In this document: positions 36,557 through 45,896 of the stretch, piece by piece | Layout: each line of letters begins with the position of its first letter | Position numbering within the stretch: the stretch's first letter is position 1 | Assembly: GCA_903861205.1 (NCBI GenBank) | Contig: CAIOTC010000022.1 | Coordinates: forward strand, 25 to 64,024 | From: an uncultured bacterium | GTDB lineage: Bacteria > Patescibacteriota > Minisyncoccia > Phycocordibacterales > DATDWN01 | Reading direction: 5' to 3' | Length of the DNA stretch: 64,000 nt | The notes under the pieces: model-generated | What the model saw: only the letters and a program-made list of their open reading frames with translations | Database searches by the model: none | Told to the model about the DNA's origin: nothing | Program-made: the position numbers and the translations under genes

Positions 36557-36799
36557 TTAGCAGGGACTGGCTCGTCGCCTCGGCGGATTTTTCTCGGATT
36601 CTTCCAGCTTAATTCGATCTTGTGCCGCCAGAGTCGCTCCGACTGACACCGACAAACTAAAGCCGTGTTTTTTGAGAAACTCGACACAGCCGTCGTAGTT
36701 GCCATTTGAAGCTATCAAGTATGCTTTGGCAACCATGAGCGGCACACGGCCGGGATTTCTTTGAACTCTCAATGCTAAAGAAAGTTTCTGATGAGACAT
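36557..36799 (-). CDS. Small hypothetical protein
   Basis: AAGGAG RBS before ATG. Confidence 0.45.
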   Translation of the reverse strand: MSHQKLSLALRVQRNPGRVPLMVAKAYLIASNGNYDGCVEFLKKHGFSLSVSVGATLAAQDRIKLEESEKNPPRRRASPC

Positions 36800-37001
36800 T
36801 GGATCTCCTTTCGCCGTTTTCCGCCCGGCAGGCGTATTTTAAAGAACTTTGGGATTTCTCCCTTCAAAACATTCTCACTGAAAATGTTTTGAAGGGAGCT
36901 CAATCGAAGACCGATTGAGCGACTCGTTTTTAGCAACTGGTGAGCATCATCCAGTATCAACACGAATTTAAAGTCCTCATGTCTCCCGGACCGACCTCCT
37001 T

Positions 37002-37289
37002 TCAGCTGGTCAGGCTGTCACGCCTCTTCCGTCGAGGAATGAAGAATTCAACCACCATGAATGCCGCAAAAACTGCGCAGCACCCGCCGAGCATCCAAGC
37101 TGACTTGGCAATCGGCGCCGGCAAATGGTTGAATCTGGCCGCGTGGAAGAAAATCCCCGCCGTGGCCGCCTGAAGCACGAACATGAAAAAGCAGAGAATC
37201 TTCTTGAACACGTTCGTCTCCATCACCCCGATGACCGCCAAGATAAATTCAACGATGTAATACAACACCCACTCAAAGAACGATCCCAT
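37002..37289 (-). CDS. Small multi-TM hypothetical protein
   Basis: GGGAGG RBS; three hydrophobic segments; basic tail. Confidence 0.65.
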   Translation of the reverse strand: MGSFFEWVLYYIVEFILAVIGVMETNVFKKILCFFMFVLQAATAGIFFHAARFNHLPAPIAKSAWMLGGCCAVFAAFMVVEFFIPRRKRRDSLTS

Positions 37290-37297
37290 AAATTCCT

Positions 37298-37860
37298 CCC
37301 GTTTGGGAAATGAAGGTGGGATTTTTCATTTCTCAAACGGAAGCCCGAGAAAATTCTCGGGCGGTTGTGCGTCTTTCCGACGCGGTGAATTGCAAAAGAA
37401 CTGTGTGCAGTGGGAGTCTTGGTTTGGCAACCTTGACTCCCTGGGTGCCAACCCACTCTCGCTCTTGTTGGTCCGCATTCTCCCGCCCGAATCACTCGGT
37501 ACCAGGTGCGGTATCTTCCTATCTGAACTACTCTTATAACCTCGGCGAAAGCCGGGCGAGCAGACAGAATTGCTAGGTTGATAGCTGAGCGATCAAGCCC
37601 CTGCCGTAATGTATCTCTGCACAGATACACGACTAATTTCAAAATTTTGGGAGCGAAACTGGCCCGCCGGCCTCGTGTGGGGTGGCACGGGGCATACGCC
37701 CGCACCACGAAAATCCCACGGCGGTGGGTGGTCTTGGTAGACCGCCACACGATGTTTCGCTCCCACTTAGGGGTCCCTCGCAACTCAAATTCGTGCGAAC
37801 CGGACCGCCTGAGCGGAAGCAAAACTGTCAGACGTTTAAAACATTTCAATATTTGATTCT
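37298..37860. ncRNA. Candidate large structured RNA or leader
   Basis: More than 10 consecutive hairpins, a 12-bp helix closing a multiloop, no credible ORF; strand uncertain. Confidence 0.5.
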
Positions 37861-37866
37861 GGGATA

Positions 37867-38180
37867 AGCATACACCCATCCATATTTTTTGTCAAGAACT
37901 TTTGACACTTTATACAAAATACTTTTTCTGACACAAAAAATATGGCCTAATATATGGCCATTTTTGAACGCAAAACAAAATGAGATTAATTTTGATCACT
38001 GACAGAACATGTTTTTCAAGAAAAGTTTTTGTGAAAAATTTTCTAAATTTTATCAAAAAATAGTGTTTTTGCGAAAAAACACTATTTTTTACTACAATAT
38101 GGCTAGAAATATGATTTTATTGTAAATTTGATACGAAAATGACAAAAACACTTGACATTTTAATTCGAGTTTGCTAAGCT
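37867..38180. promoter_or_regulatory. Divergent sigma70 promoters with palindrome-rich AT spacer
   Basis: Minus: TTGACA-17-TATGCT (37895-37867); plus: TTGACA-17-(TGc)TAAGCT (38152-38180). Confidence 0.7.
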
Positions 38181-38185
38181 TGTTC

Positions 38186-38512
38186 GCGGAGGTGATCAAT
38201 GGAGGACTAGAGAAGCGGAGTGCTGCTTCCTAGTGAAATCCATTGTCACTAGGAAGCAGCATTTTGCGGATCAAAATCCGTCACCTCTGTAGTTAACAAT
38301 TAAAGACAGTCGGCCCACCTCGTTCGCCTTAACTTCGTTTCGATTTAGGTGGTGCCCGAAAAAAGGTGCGAAATGCAAGATTGACGCTGGAGAAACAGCC
38401 GGCCGGAATCCCGGTCGACCAGTGACTCCTAATTTGTTCGCAAGCTGGGTCGTAGGGCGTTCAACGTTCCACGTATTCAGCAAAAAAGGCCCCGCTCATC
38501 GGGGCCTTTCTC
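38186..38512 (+). ncRNA. Candidate ~320-nt structured RNA
   Basis: Starts just after a strong promoter; nested helices with G-U pairs; ends at a terminator hairpin; no ORF. Confidence 0.55.
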
Positions 38513-38523
38513 AATTTCAAAAA

Positions 38524-39273
38524 TTATTTCTTATAATTGTCAAAAATGACCTTAAACAAACTTTTCATTGTTTCTGCCACATCTTCACTTTGAATTGAAA
38601 TACTTGAAAATCTTTTGTTAAGCACACTTATGCGCACTTTATCTTTATAAATAGCGATATCACAGGTAAGTGGGTATTTCTTGCCATCAATTTTATATCT
38701 CTCACTCATATCATCCGACGGAATTTCTCCATTTTCAAACGTATATAAAGCTTTAGATTTAACTTTTTTATTCAATCTCCTTTGTTTGAATTGACTCCTT
38801 TCATCAAGAGGAAATAATTTGTCTAGCAAATCCCTTGGATAGATAAGGTATATTGGCTCTTCTGTATTGGTATCGTTTTCGAAAATACCGTTGACCGCAC
38901 TGACAATTCCTTCCTTGCCGTCATAATATTTGACCACCGGTCGCTCACCGGAACCACGTTCGATGCCTTTGATTTGGGGAATAATATCTTTCAAACGCTT
39001 GCTATTTTCATCCAAAACAAGCTTTTGACGTTCAACAAAAGTCTCCAGTCTCTCCGGTGGTTCGGCTTGGTAGTGAGTTTTCTTGCCGACAGTCGTTTCT
39101 GACACCAGACCTTTTTTGGAGAGAGATTCCAAAACCACGTAGACGGTTGGCCGTTTCAGCTTTGTTTTCTTGGCTAAATCAAGAACCGAGGCGTTATCCA
39201 CCTGAACCAGAGCCAAATATACTGTAGATTCCTTGTCAGTTAAACCTATGTTTTGCAAATATTTTTCAAGCAT
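38524..39273 (-). CDS. TrmB family transcriptional regulator
   Basis: LQNIGLTDKESTVYLAL...LAKKTKLKRPTVY..LESLSKKGLV; PVVKYYDGKEG; IAIYKDKV. Confidence 0.88.
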   Translation of the reverse strand: MLEKYLQNIGLTDKESTVYLALVQVDNASVLDLAKKTKLKRPTVYVVLESLSKKGLVSETTVGKKTHYQAEPPERLETFVERQKLVLDENSKRLKDIIPQIKGIERGSGERPVVKYYDGKEGIVSAVNGIFENDTNTEEPIYLIYPRDLLDKLFPLDERSQFKQRRLNKKVKSKALYTFENGEIPSDDMSERYKIDGKKYPLTCDIAIYKDKVRISVLNKRFSSISIQSEDVAETMKSLFKVIFDNYKK

Positions 39274-39356
39274 AGTAATTAATGGTTATTTTTGACTATT
39301 ATACCACATAAACCTTGAACTTGCGTAAAATATGCTTTTGTGATAACATATTGCCA

Positions 39357-39623
39357 ATGCTTACAAAAACCAAAAAATTGAAAATAGTCAAAGATGTCCA
39401 GGTTCACGAGACAGATACCGGCTCTCCGGAGGTGCAAATCGCCATTATTTCTCGCCGAATTGACGAGTTGGCTTCACATTTGAAGAAAAACCCAAAGGAT
39501 AACCACTCCCGACGCGGACTCCTGCAAATGGTGGCTGATCGCAAGACTCACATGAAATATTTGGAAAAGAAATCTCCAAAGCGTTTCAACGCGCTGAACA
39601 AAAAGCTCGGATTGAAGAAATAA
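39357..39623 (+). CDS. rpsO: 30S ribosomal protein S15
   Basis: DTGSPEVQIA...HLKKNPKDNHSRRGLL. Confidence 0.97.
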   Translation: MLTKTKKLKIVKDVQVHETDTGSPEVQIAIISRRIDELASHLKKNPKDNHSRRGLLQMVADRKTHMKYLEKKSPKRFNALNKKLGLKK

Positions 39624-39739
39624 TCCAGAAGTCACCCGCTCGGGTGATTTTGTTAATGTGAAAGCTTTTTTATTTATTTTTGGTATACTTAATATTAGAA
39701 GTATTTTTTAATAATTGAAGAAATAATTTTTTTAATACA

Positions 39740-40312
39740 ATGAGTGTAATCAAACACAAGAATCAAAGGGTTGGAATTTTTATTGATACGCAGAATCTGT
39801 ATCACACGGCCAAAAATATTTATGGGGCAAAGGTAAACTTTGACCAGGTAGTCAAAGATGGTTTGGCCGGACGGTCGCTGACGCGCGCAGTGGCTTATGT
39901 CATCACCACCGAGAGCGGCGAGGAAAAAGGCTTTTTCGAAGCGCTTGAGAAAATGGGCATTGAAACCAAAACTAAAAATTTGCAGATTTTTTCCGGCGGG
40001 GCCAAGAAAGGTGACTGGGATGTCGGCATGGCTGTCGACACCATCAAACTAATGCCGAAGCTGGACACGGTTATTTTGGTCACCGGCGACGGAGATTTTG
40101 TGCCGCTGGTGGAATATTTGAAAAACGGCGGATGCCAAGTGGAAGTGATGTCTTTTGGACGATCAAGTTCGGCCAAGTTGGTGGAAATTGCCGACGATTT
40201 TGTTGATCTCGATGAAAATCCGCGCAAATATCTGATCGGCTATCGAGGCGGAAGCAATCGTTACATCAGAAAACCACGAACGGAACCGGATCAGGAAAAA
40301 CCGGCGTACTAG
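39740..40312 (+). CDS. NYN domain protein (LabA/DUF88)
   Basis: FIDTQNL, KGDWDV, TGDGDFVPL, ADDF. Confidence 0.92.
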   Translation: MSVIKHKNQRVGIFIDTQNLYHTAKNIYGAKVNFDQVVKDGLAGRSLTRAVAYVITTESGEEKGFFEALEKMGIETKTKNLQIFSGGAKKGDWDVGMAVDTIKLMPKLDTVILVTGDGDFVPLVEYLKNGGCQVEVMSFGRSSSAKLVEIADDFVDLDENPRKYLIGYRGGSNRYIRKPRTEPDQEKPAY

Positions 40313-40328
40313 AATTTTGTCTTTGCAT

Positions 40329-40374
40329 TATTCGTAGCCATTCGTAGACCTATTCGTTATTTCGTATATTTGTA
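40329..40374. repeat. ATTCGT periodic repeat, solo arm
   Basis: 18-nt reverse-complement identity to 14873-14890. Confidence 0.7.
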
Positions 40375-40378
40375 ATTT

Positions 40379-41455
40379 ATGGAAGAAAACTTGCAACAAA
40401 ATGTGGAAAATATGTTGAAAGCCGAGGCGAAAAAATCGGAACAAGTTCCGTATGATTCTCCGCTTAAACCGCTTCGCACATACCAGGGCGACGTGGACCA
40501 AATCATCGGCAAAAATAAAGTGTCGATGGTTACCGTAGCGGTAGCGGAACAAAAAAAGAAATATGACGAGCCGGCCAAAGCCGAGCCAATTCCGGTTGCG
40601 CCAAAAATGACAAAAACAGTACCGGAAAAAGAAGTTAAAACCGAGACACCGGCAACAGCGCCTGCGCCGACACCAGTTCCGAAGCCCACACCAACCCCAA
40701 CAGAAACAGCCACTTCTTCATTTTACAAGGAACTTGCCAGAGAGGAAGCTTCGGCCGACGACATGCAAATAAAAAGTAAGTTTTCCAAAGTAATCGGTAT
40801 TATTCTGGTTGTTTTCGGTATCGTGGTTGTCGGTTTGGTTTATTACATGATCAGCTCCCAAAATACCGCGCAGGTAGCCGAGCAGAAAAGCACTTTGATC
40901 AGCTACACCCAGGAATTTGATACGCCGATTGCCGGAACAAACAGAAGCGCTCTGGTCAAAACAATTGTCGCCCAAAAAAACGGGTTTAGTTTACCGGCCA
41001 ATTCGATACTATATATAAACATGGCAAATGCCAGCACGACGGCGAGCGCGGCCGACGCTTTCAAACTGCTTGCTCCGAACATGCCGGCGCCAATTTCGCG
41101 AAATTTGAAAAAAGACTACATGGTTGGCGTTTATTCATTCGACACGAACGAGCCATTCATCATATTTACGACCGATGACTACGGCGTCAGCTACTCCGGA
41201 ATGCTGGAATGGGAAGGAAAAATGACCTCCGATATCGGGCCGGTTTTTGGCATGGCTCAAGCCAGCACGACCATGGCCTACACATGGAAGGACGAGGCCA
41301 TTCGCAACAAAGATTTGCGCATCGTTCAGGACGGAGCCGGAAAAACTATTTTGCTGTATTCATTTTTGGACAAAAACACCATTTTGATTACAACCAGCGA
41401 AAAAATATTCAACGCCATTTTGGGCAAGTATATGACGAGTAAAATGGTGAGGTAG
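40379..41455 (+). CDS. Single-TM hypothetical protein
   Basis: LRTYQGD motif, Pro/Thr linker, central TM, GMLEWE. Confidence 0.75.
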   Translation: MEENLQQNVENMLKAEAKKSEQVPYDSPLKPLRTYQGDVDQIIGKNKVSMVTVAVAEQKKKYDEPAKAEPIPVAPKMTKTVPEKEVKTETPATAPAPTPVPKPTPTPTETATSSFYKELAREEASADDMQIKSKFSKVIGIILVVFGIVVVGLVYYMISSQNTAQVAEQKSTLISYTQEFDTPIAGTNRSALVKTIVAQKNGFSLPANSILYINMANASTTASAADAFKLLAPNMPAPISRNLKKDYMVGVYSFDTNEPFIIFTTDDYGVSYSGMLEWEGKMTSDIGPVFGMAQASTTMAYTWKDEAIRNKDLRIVQDGAGKTILLYSFLDKNTILITTSEKIFNAILGKYMTSKMVR

Positions 41456-41492
41456 TTGCTTAGGCGATTATTTATGATACTATAATTGAACT

Positions 41493-41843
41493 ATGAAAAA
41501 TCTGGAACACTACAAAGAAATGCTCGAGGCGGAGGCCAAAAACCTCGAAAAAGAGCTTTTGACCGTTGGGCGAAAAAATCCTGACGCCAAGGGCGATTGG
41601 GAGGCGACTGAAAAAATGGATATTGATCCGGCTGACGAGGACGAAGTGGCCGACAGCATCGAGGAATTCGAGAACAACAAGGGCATTTTGAACCAGCTAG
41701 AAATCAGATTGAAGGAAGTGAATGAAGCGCTGGAAAAAATAAAAAACGGAACATACGGAGTATGCGAAATTTCCGGCGAACCAATAGAGGAGGATAGACT
41801 GGAAGCCAACCCAGCGGCCAAAACTTGTAAACTACATATGTAA
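41493..41843 (+). CDS. TraR/DksA family protein
   Basis: ALEKIKNGTYGVCEISGEPIEEDRLEANPAAKTC. Confidence 0.9.
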   Translation: MKNLEHYKEMLEAEAKNLEKELLTVGRKNPDAKGDWEATEKMDIDPADEDEVADSIEEFENNKGILNQLEIRLKEVNEALEKIKNGTYGVCEISGEPIEEDRLEANPAAKTCKLHM

Positions 41844-41866
41844 TTAAAAAATAATTTACACACAGG

Positions 41867-43972
41867 ATGACTAAAAAAGAATTTGCGGTGGATTTCGGAG
41901 GGAGAGAATTGAAGGTGGGGTTCAATGATATGGTGGACCAGGCGCATGGATCGTGCTTGGTTCATTATGGCGACACTGTTGTGCTAGCGACAGCAGTCAT
42001 GTCCAAGGAGGCAAAAGATAACGCCGATTTTTTTCCGCTGACGGTTGATTTTGAGGAAAAATTTTACGCGACCGGCAAAATTCTCGGCTCGCGTTTCCAA
42101 AAAAGGGAAGGCAGGCCGACTGACGAGGCGATACTGTCCGGCCGAATCGTCGACCGCACCATTCGTCCGCTTTTTGATCAGTGGATTCGTCACGACATCC
42201 AGGTGGTAGTGACCGTGCTTTCCATTGGCGAGGACGACCCGGATATTTTGGCCGTGCTTGGCGCTTCTATCGCCATCGGCACGTCGCAAATTCCGTGGAA
42301 CGGGCCGGTTTCGGCCGTGCGAATTGGTAAAAACGGCGAATTCAGCACGAACCCGACATACACCCAGAGGAACACCGACAATTACGAAATGGATTTGCTC
42401 GTTTGCGGAAAGGACGACAAAATAAACATGATAGAAATCGGTTCGAACGAAATTTCCGAGGAAGAAATTTTGACCGGTATGGAAATGGCCAAAAATGAGC
42501 TGGCCAAGCTGCAAAAATTCCAGGAAAAAATAATTTCGGAAATCGGAAAAGAAAAAGTCAAAATTGCCAAGCCGGAAATTTCCGACGCCACCAAAAAATT
42601 GTTTGAAGAAAAAATCGCTCCTATTTTCATGCAAAAAGTTTTTTCGGGGAATGTCGGAAAAGAAGATTTGTCAGAGCTTGTCGTCGGCTGGAATAAAGAG
42701 ATCGAAGCAATTGAGGACGACAAAGAAAGAAATTTGGCCAAAGATTATATCCAGGAAAAAATCGATGAGATTATTCACGAGGAAGCCATCAAAAACAAGA
42801 AACGACCGGACAACAGAAAAGTGGACGAGTTGCGACCGCTGTTTGCCAAAGTTGGCGGTCTGTCAAAAATTCTGCACGGCACCGGATTGTTTTATCGCGG
42901 AGGAACGCACGTTTTGTCGGTACTGACACTCGGCGCGCCCGGCGATGCACAGCTGATCGACACCATGGAAACGCAGGAGGGAAGCAAGCGATTTATGCTC
43001 CACTATAATTTTCCGCCATATTCTGTCGGCGAAGTCGGCCGAATGGGTGGAACGAACCGCCGAATGGTTGGCCACGGCGCTTTGGCCGAAAAAGCCCTGG
43101 TCCCAGTTTTGCCAAAGAAAGAAGTTTTTCCTTACACAATCCGACTGGTGGCCGAATCAATGGCGTCCAACGGCTCGACATCGATGGCTTCGGTCTGCGC
43201 CGGAACGCTGGCGCTGATGGATGGAGGTGTGCCGATCACTCGGCCGGTTGCCGGAATAGCTAGCGGTCTCATGATGAAAGATGACAAAAATTTCGTGGTA
43301 CTGACGGACATTCAAGGACCGGAGGACCATCATGGCGACATGGATTTCAAAGTGGCAGGAACGACGGTTGGTGTGACCGCGGTACAAATGGACGTCAAGG
43401 TGGCCGGTATTCCGCTGCACATTTTGAAGGAAGCGTTTGAAAAAGCTAAAGCCGCCCGATTGCAAATTTTGAAAGTGATGACGGACGAAATTGCTGCTCC
43501 GCGAGAAAACATTTCCGAATTCGCTCCGCATATTGTTTCCATGAAAATAAAACCAGACCAAATCGGCATGGTTATCGGCACCGGCGGAAAAACAATCAAA
43601 GAAATCAAAGAAAAAACCGGCGCAGAAATTGACATTGACGATGACGGCACGGTTTACATCACCGGCAAAAAAGAAGCTTGCGAGGAAACGCAGAGAATCA
43701 TCGGCATCATCACCTGGGAGGCAAATGTAGGAGACCGATTCCGCGGGGAAGTGGTCAAAATCACCGAGTTCGGGGCCTTTGTTAAAATCAACGGCGGATC
43801 AGAAGGTTTGTTGCACATTTCCGAAATTTGTCCGCAACGACTCAAAACCGTTGACGAGAAACTGCATGTTGGCGACATCGTCCCGGTGGTAGTCAAAGAA
43901 GTTGACGACCGCGGAAGATTAAAACTATCTATCAAAGAAATCGACCCAGAGTGGTTTGATAAAGTGAAGTAA
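41867..43972 (+). CDS. pnp: Polyribonucleotide nucleotidyltransferase
   Basis: DRTIRPLF, HYNFPPYSVGE, SNGSTSMAS, GDMDFKVAGT, KH and S1 domains. Confidence 0.97.
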   Translation: MTKKEFAVDFGGRELKVGFNDMVDQAHGSCLVHYGDTVVLATAVMSKEAKDNADFFPLTVDFEEKFYATGKILGSRFQKREGRPTDEAILSGRIVDRTIRPLFDQWIRHDIQVVVTVLSIGEDDPDILAVLGASIAIGTSQIPWNGPVSAVRIGKNGEFSTNPTYTQRNTDNYEMDLLVCGKDDKINMIEIGSNEISEEEILTGMEMAKNELAKLQKFQEKIISEIGKEKVKIAKPEISDATKKLFEEKIAPIFMQKVFSGNVGKEDLSELVVGWNKEIEAIEDDKERNLAKDYIQEKIDEIIHEEAIKNKKRPDNRKVDELRPLFAKVGGLSKILHGTGLFYRGGTHVLSVLTLGAPGDAQLIDTMETQEGSKRFMLHYNFPPYSVGEVGRMGGTNRRMVGHGALAEKALVPVLPKKEVFPYTIRLVAESMASNGSTSMASVCAGTLALMDGGVPITRPVAGIASGLMMKDDKNFVVLTDIQGPEDHHGDMDFKVAGTTVGVTAVQMDVKVAGIPLHILKEAFEKAKAARLQILKVMTDEIAAPRENISEFAPHIVSMKIKPDQIGMVIGTGGKTIKEIKEKTGAEIDIDDDGTVYITGKKEACEETQRIIGIITWEANVGDRFRGEVVKITEFGAFVKINGGSEGLLHISEICPQRLKTVDEKLHVGDIVPVVVKEVDDRGRLKLSIKEIDPEWFDKVK

Positions 43973-44010
43973 AACTTCTATAAAAAGAACGCGCCCACTC
44001 GGCGCGTTTT

Positions 44011-44571
44011 TCATACCAACGGAACAATCTGGCAATTCTGGTAATGACCTTCTTGCAAAACTTCCAAAAAATGAACTTTTCGGTGAACCGCTTCAAGGGC
44101 CTTCATCACATCACCATGACTAACAACAAGAATTCTCTTGCATGTCGGATAACAGGCCAGTTTTACAAGTTCATAATAAACCGGACTAACCCGGTCAACG
44201 AGTTCATAAAATGTTTCCACCCCATCACCAGACAAAAAATAAACAGAATTCTCGTTCACACGCAAAATTTTTCCTGGAAATTCCGGAATTTTGCTTTCCG
44301 GCTGGTGGGTCATTTTTCCAAAGTTTCTTTCATTCAATTCTCTCATGGCAACAACCCTGTTGACATCAAGAATTCTGGCTACTATTTGGGCGGTAACAAA
44401 CGATCGAATCAGCTGGGAAGAATATATAATTCCTATACCCAAACCGAAACATTTTTTCGCTAAAATCTCAGCCTGTTCTTTGCCGAGTTCACTCAAAGGA
44501 TCGTCGTGTTGCCCGTTGAGCAATTTTTTCGCGTTGTATTCCGTCTGCCCGTGCCTTGCCAAATAAATCAT
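44011..44571 (-). CDS. Histidine phosphatase family protein
   Basis: LARHGQT, LNERNFG, VVSHG. Confidence 0.9.
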   Translation of the reverse strand: MIYLARHGQTEYNAKKLLNGQHDDPLSELGKEQAEILAKKCFGLGIGIIYSSQLIRSFVTAQIVARILDVNRVVAMRELNERNFGKMTHQPESKIPEFPGKILRVNENSVYFLSGDGVETFYELVDRVSPVYYELVKLACYPTCKRILVVSHGDVMKALEAVHRKVHFLEVLQEGHYQNCQIVPLV

Positions 44572-44647
44572 CTTTCACTCCTTCCGTTCATTACATTACA
44601 TTTTTTCAAATAAAAAGCAATATTTTTACAAAAAAACGGCCACCTTT

Positions 44648-45091
44648 TCAGGCGACCTGTGAAATTCTTTCTATTACTTTCTTTGTGGCTTTGTGCGATT
44701 TGAGCCAGCGAAACGTTCCTGCTGGACATTTTGCAAGCTTCATTTGGGAAGCATACGTTTCCATCTTTGGGCAAATCTCGTTGTTTGCCGAGTCAATGCG
44801 CCATGGCAATTTGTCACCCTCTCTTATTTGTCTGAGGTGAATAAAAACAGAACTACCAACCATATCAAATCCCGTTATCAGATACGGTTTGCTTTCAAAG
44901 ACAACAATCCAAGAGAAAGATTCCTCGTAATGAAAGAACGGTAGGATTGGAAAATCCCTAAAATACACAGCACCCTTTTCCAATAATTTACTGTCCACAG
45001 CACTTACTTCCGGCAAAGAATCAATGTCAATATGTCCAGTAAAACCGCTGTTTTCTATTAAATACTCGACAAACTTTCGGATTGAGTTCAT
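44648..45091 (-). CDS. Hypothetical protein
   Basis: GGAGG RBS; TTGACA upstream; terminator downstream. Confidence 0.55.
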   Translation of the reverse strand: MNSIRKFVEYLIENSGFTGHIDIDSLPEVSAVDSKLLEKGAVYFRDFPILPFFHYEESFSWIVVFESKPYLITGFDMVGSSVFIHLRQIREGDKLPWRIDSANNEICPKMETYASQMKLAKCPAGTFRWLKSHKATKKVIERISQVA

Positions 45092-45315
45092 ACCAAACCT
45101 CCGCAATTCAAACTACTCTTTTGACCAAAATTGTCAATGTCTTCATTGAATTCACATAAAAATTGTGATAAATTATTGTTATGCTTGTGGGCACAAGCCC
45201 CTTATCGGCCAAATGATATCATTGAGTTGAAAACAAACATTACAAAAAAACCGCTAAGTAGCGGTTTTTTGTTACCTTAAAATGACATTGTGGTTTCATC
45301 TTTATATTTTTTAAC

Positions 45316-45774
45316 ATTCCATATCTTACGATATATCGTAAGATATGGAATTAAACTAAAATTGTAAAAATTTTTTGAAACGGTTTCTTCCGACCCGCGG
45401 AGGAATAATCTTTTCCATTTGTGACACAAAACTGTTTTGTTTTTTTATTTCTTTGATAAGATTAGCGAACTTTTCCTCTTCATAAGCAAGAGAAATCCTT
45501 GCAACAGTTGAAGGGCTTACTTTGAGCGCATTTTCAATAGCATAGATTGATTCACCCTGATCAAGTAGGAGAATGATGGCTAGTCTTTTAGCCAGCATTA
45601 GTTTTTCCGTTTTTGTAAAAAGCTCGTCAAAAACTAGCTTGGCATTGCCGGATATTGATAATTCTTTGATTATTTTGTAGAACTGTTTGTGAATTTCCAA
45701 ATATTGCTCTTTTTGGAGCAATCGTTTTGATACATGTGGCATATTATTATCTTACGATATATCGTAAGATAATA
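45316..45774. repeat. Two perfect palindromes sharing a 24-bp core, flanking the TrpR-like gene
   Basis: 45316-45351 (36 bp) and 45745-45774 (30 bp); core TATCTTACGATATATCGTAAGATA. Confidence 0.92.
45356..45742 (-). CDS. TrpR/YerC-YecD-like HTH protein
   Basis: LFTKTEKLMLAKRLAI..LL..G.S...IENALKVSPSTVARI. Confidence 0.85.
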   Translation of the reverse strand: MPHVSKRLLQKEQYLEIHKQFYKIIKELSISGNAKLVFDELFTKTEKLMLAKRLAIILLLDQGESIYAIENALKVSPSTVARISLAYEEEKFANLIKEIKKQNSFVSQMEKIIPPRVGRNRFKKFLQF

Positions 45775-45896
45775 CAAGTGATATCGCGATCACCTTACGC
45801 ACAACATTGGATACCAACCTGTATCTTGTATAACAAACTTCTGGTGTTATAATTATTTCATTACTCCTTACATATTACTCATTACTTTTTAATTCC

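Noticed and set aside
31975-37410. boxA-like GTTCTTT in several minus-strand leaders (~31985, 36368, 36845, 37398)
   Set aside because: A 7-mer is too short to separate from chance without statistics
37223-37879. 218-aa minus-strand ORF and overlapping plus-strand ORFs
   Set aside because: No RBS, the start lies within the promoter, and the Arg-rich composition is typical of non-coding GC-rich DNA
37298-38512. RNase P RNA, tmRNA or group I/II intron
   Set aside because: No GAGGAAAGUCC, no tRNA-like ends or tag frame, and no recognisable P7 or domain V on either strand by eye
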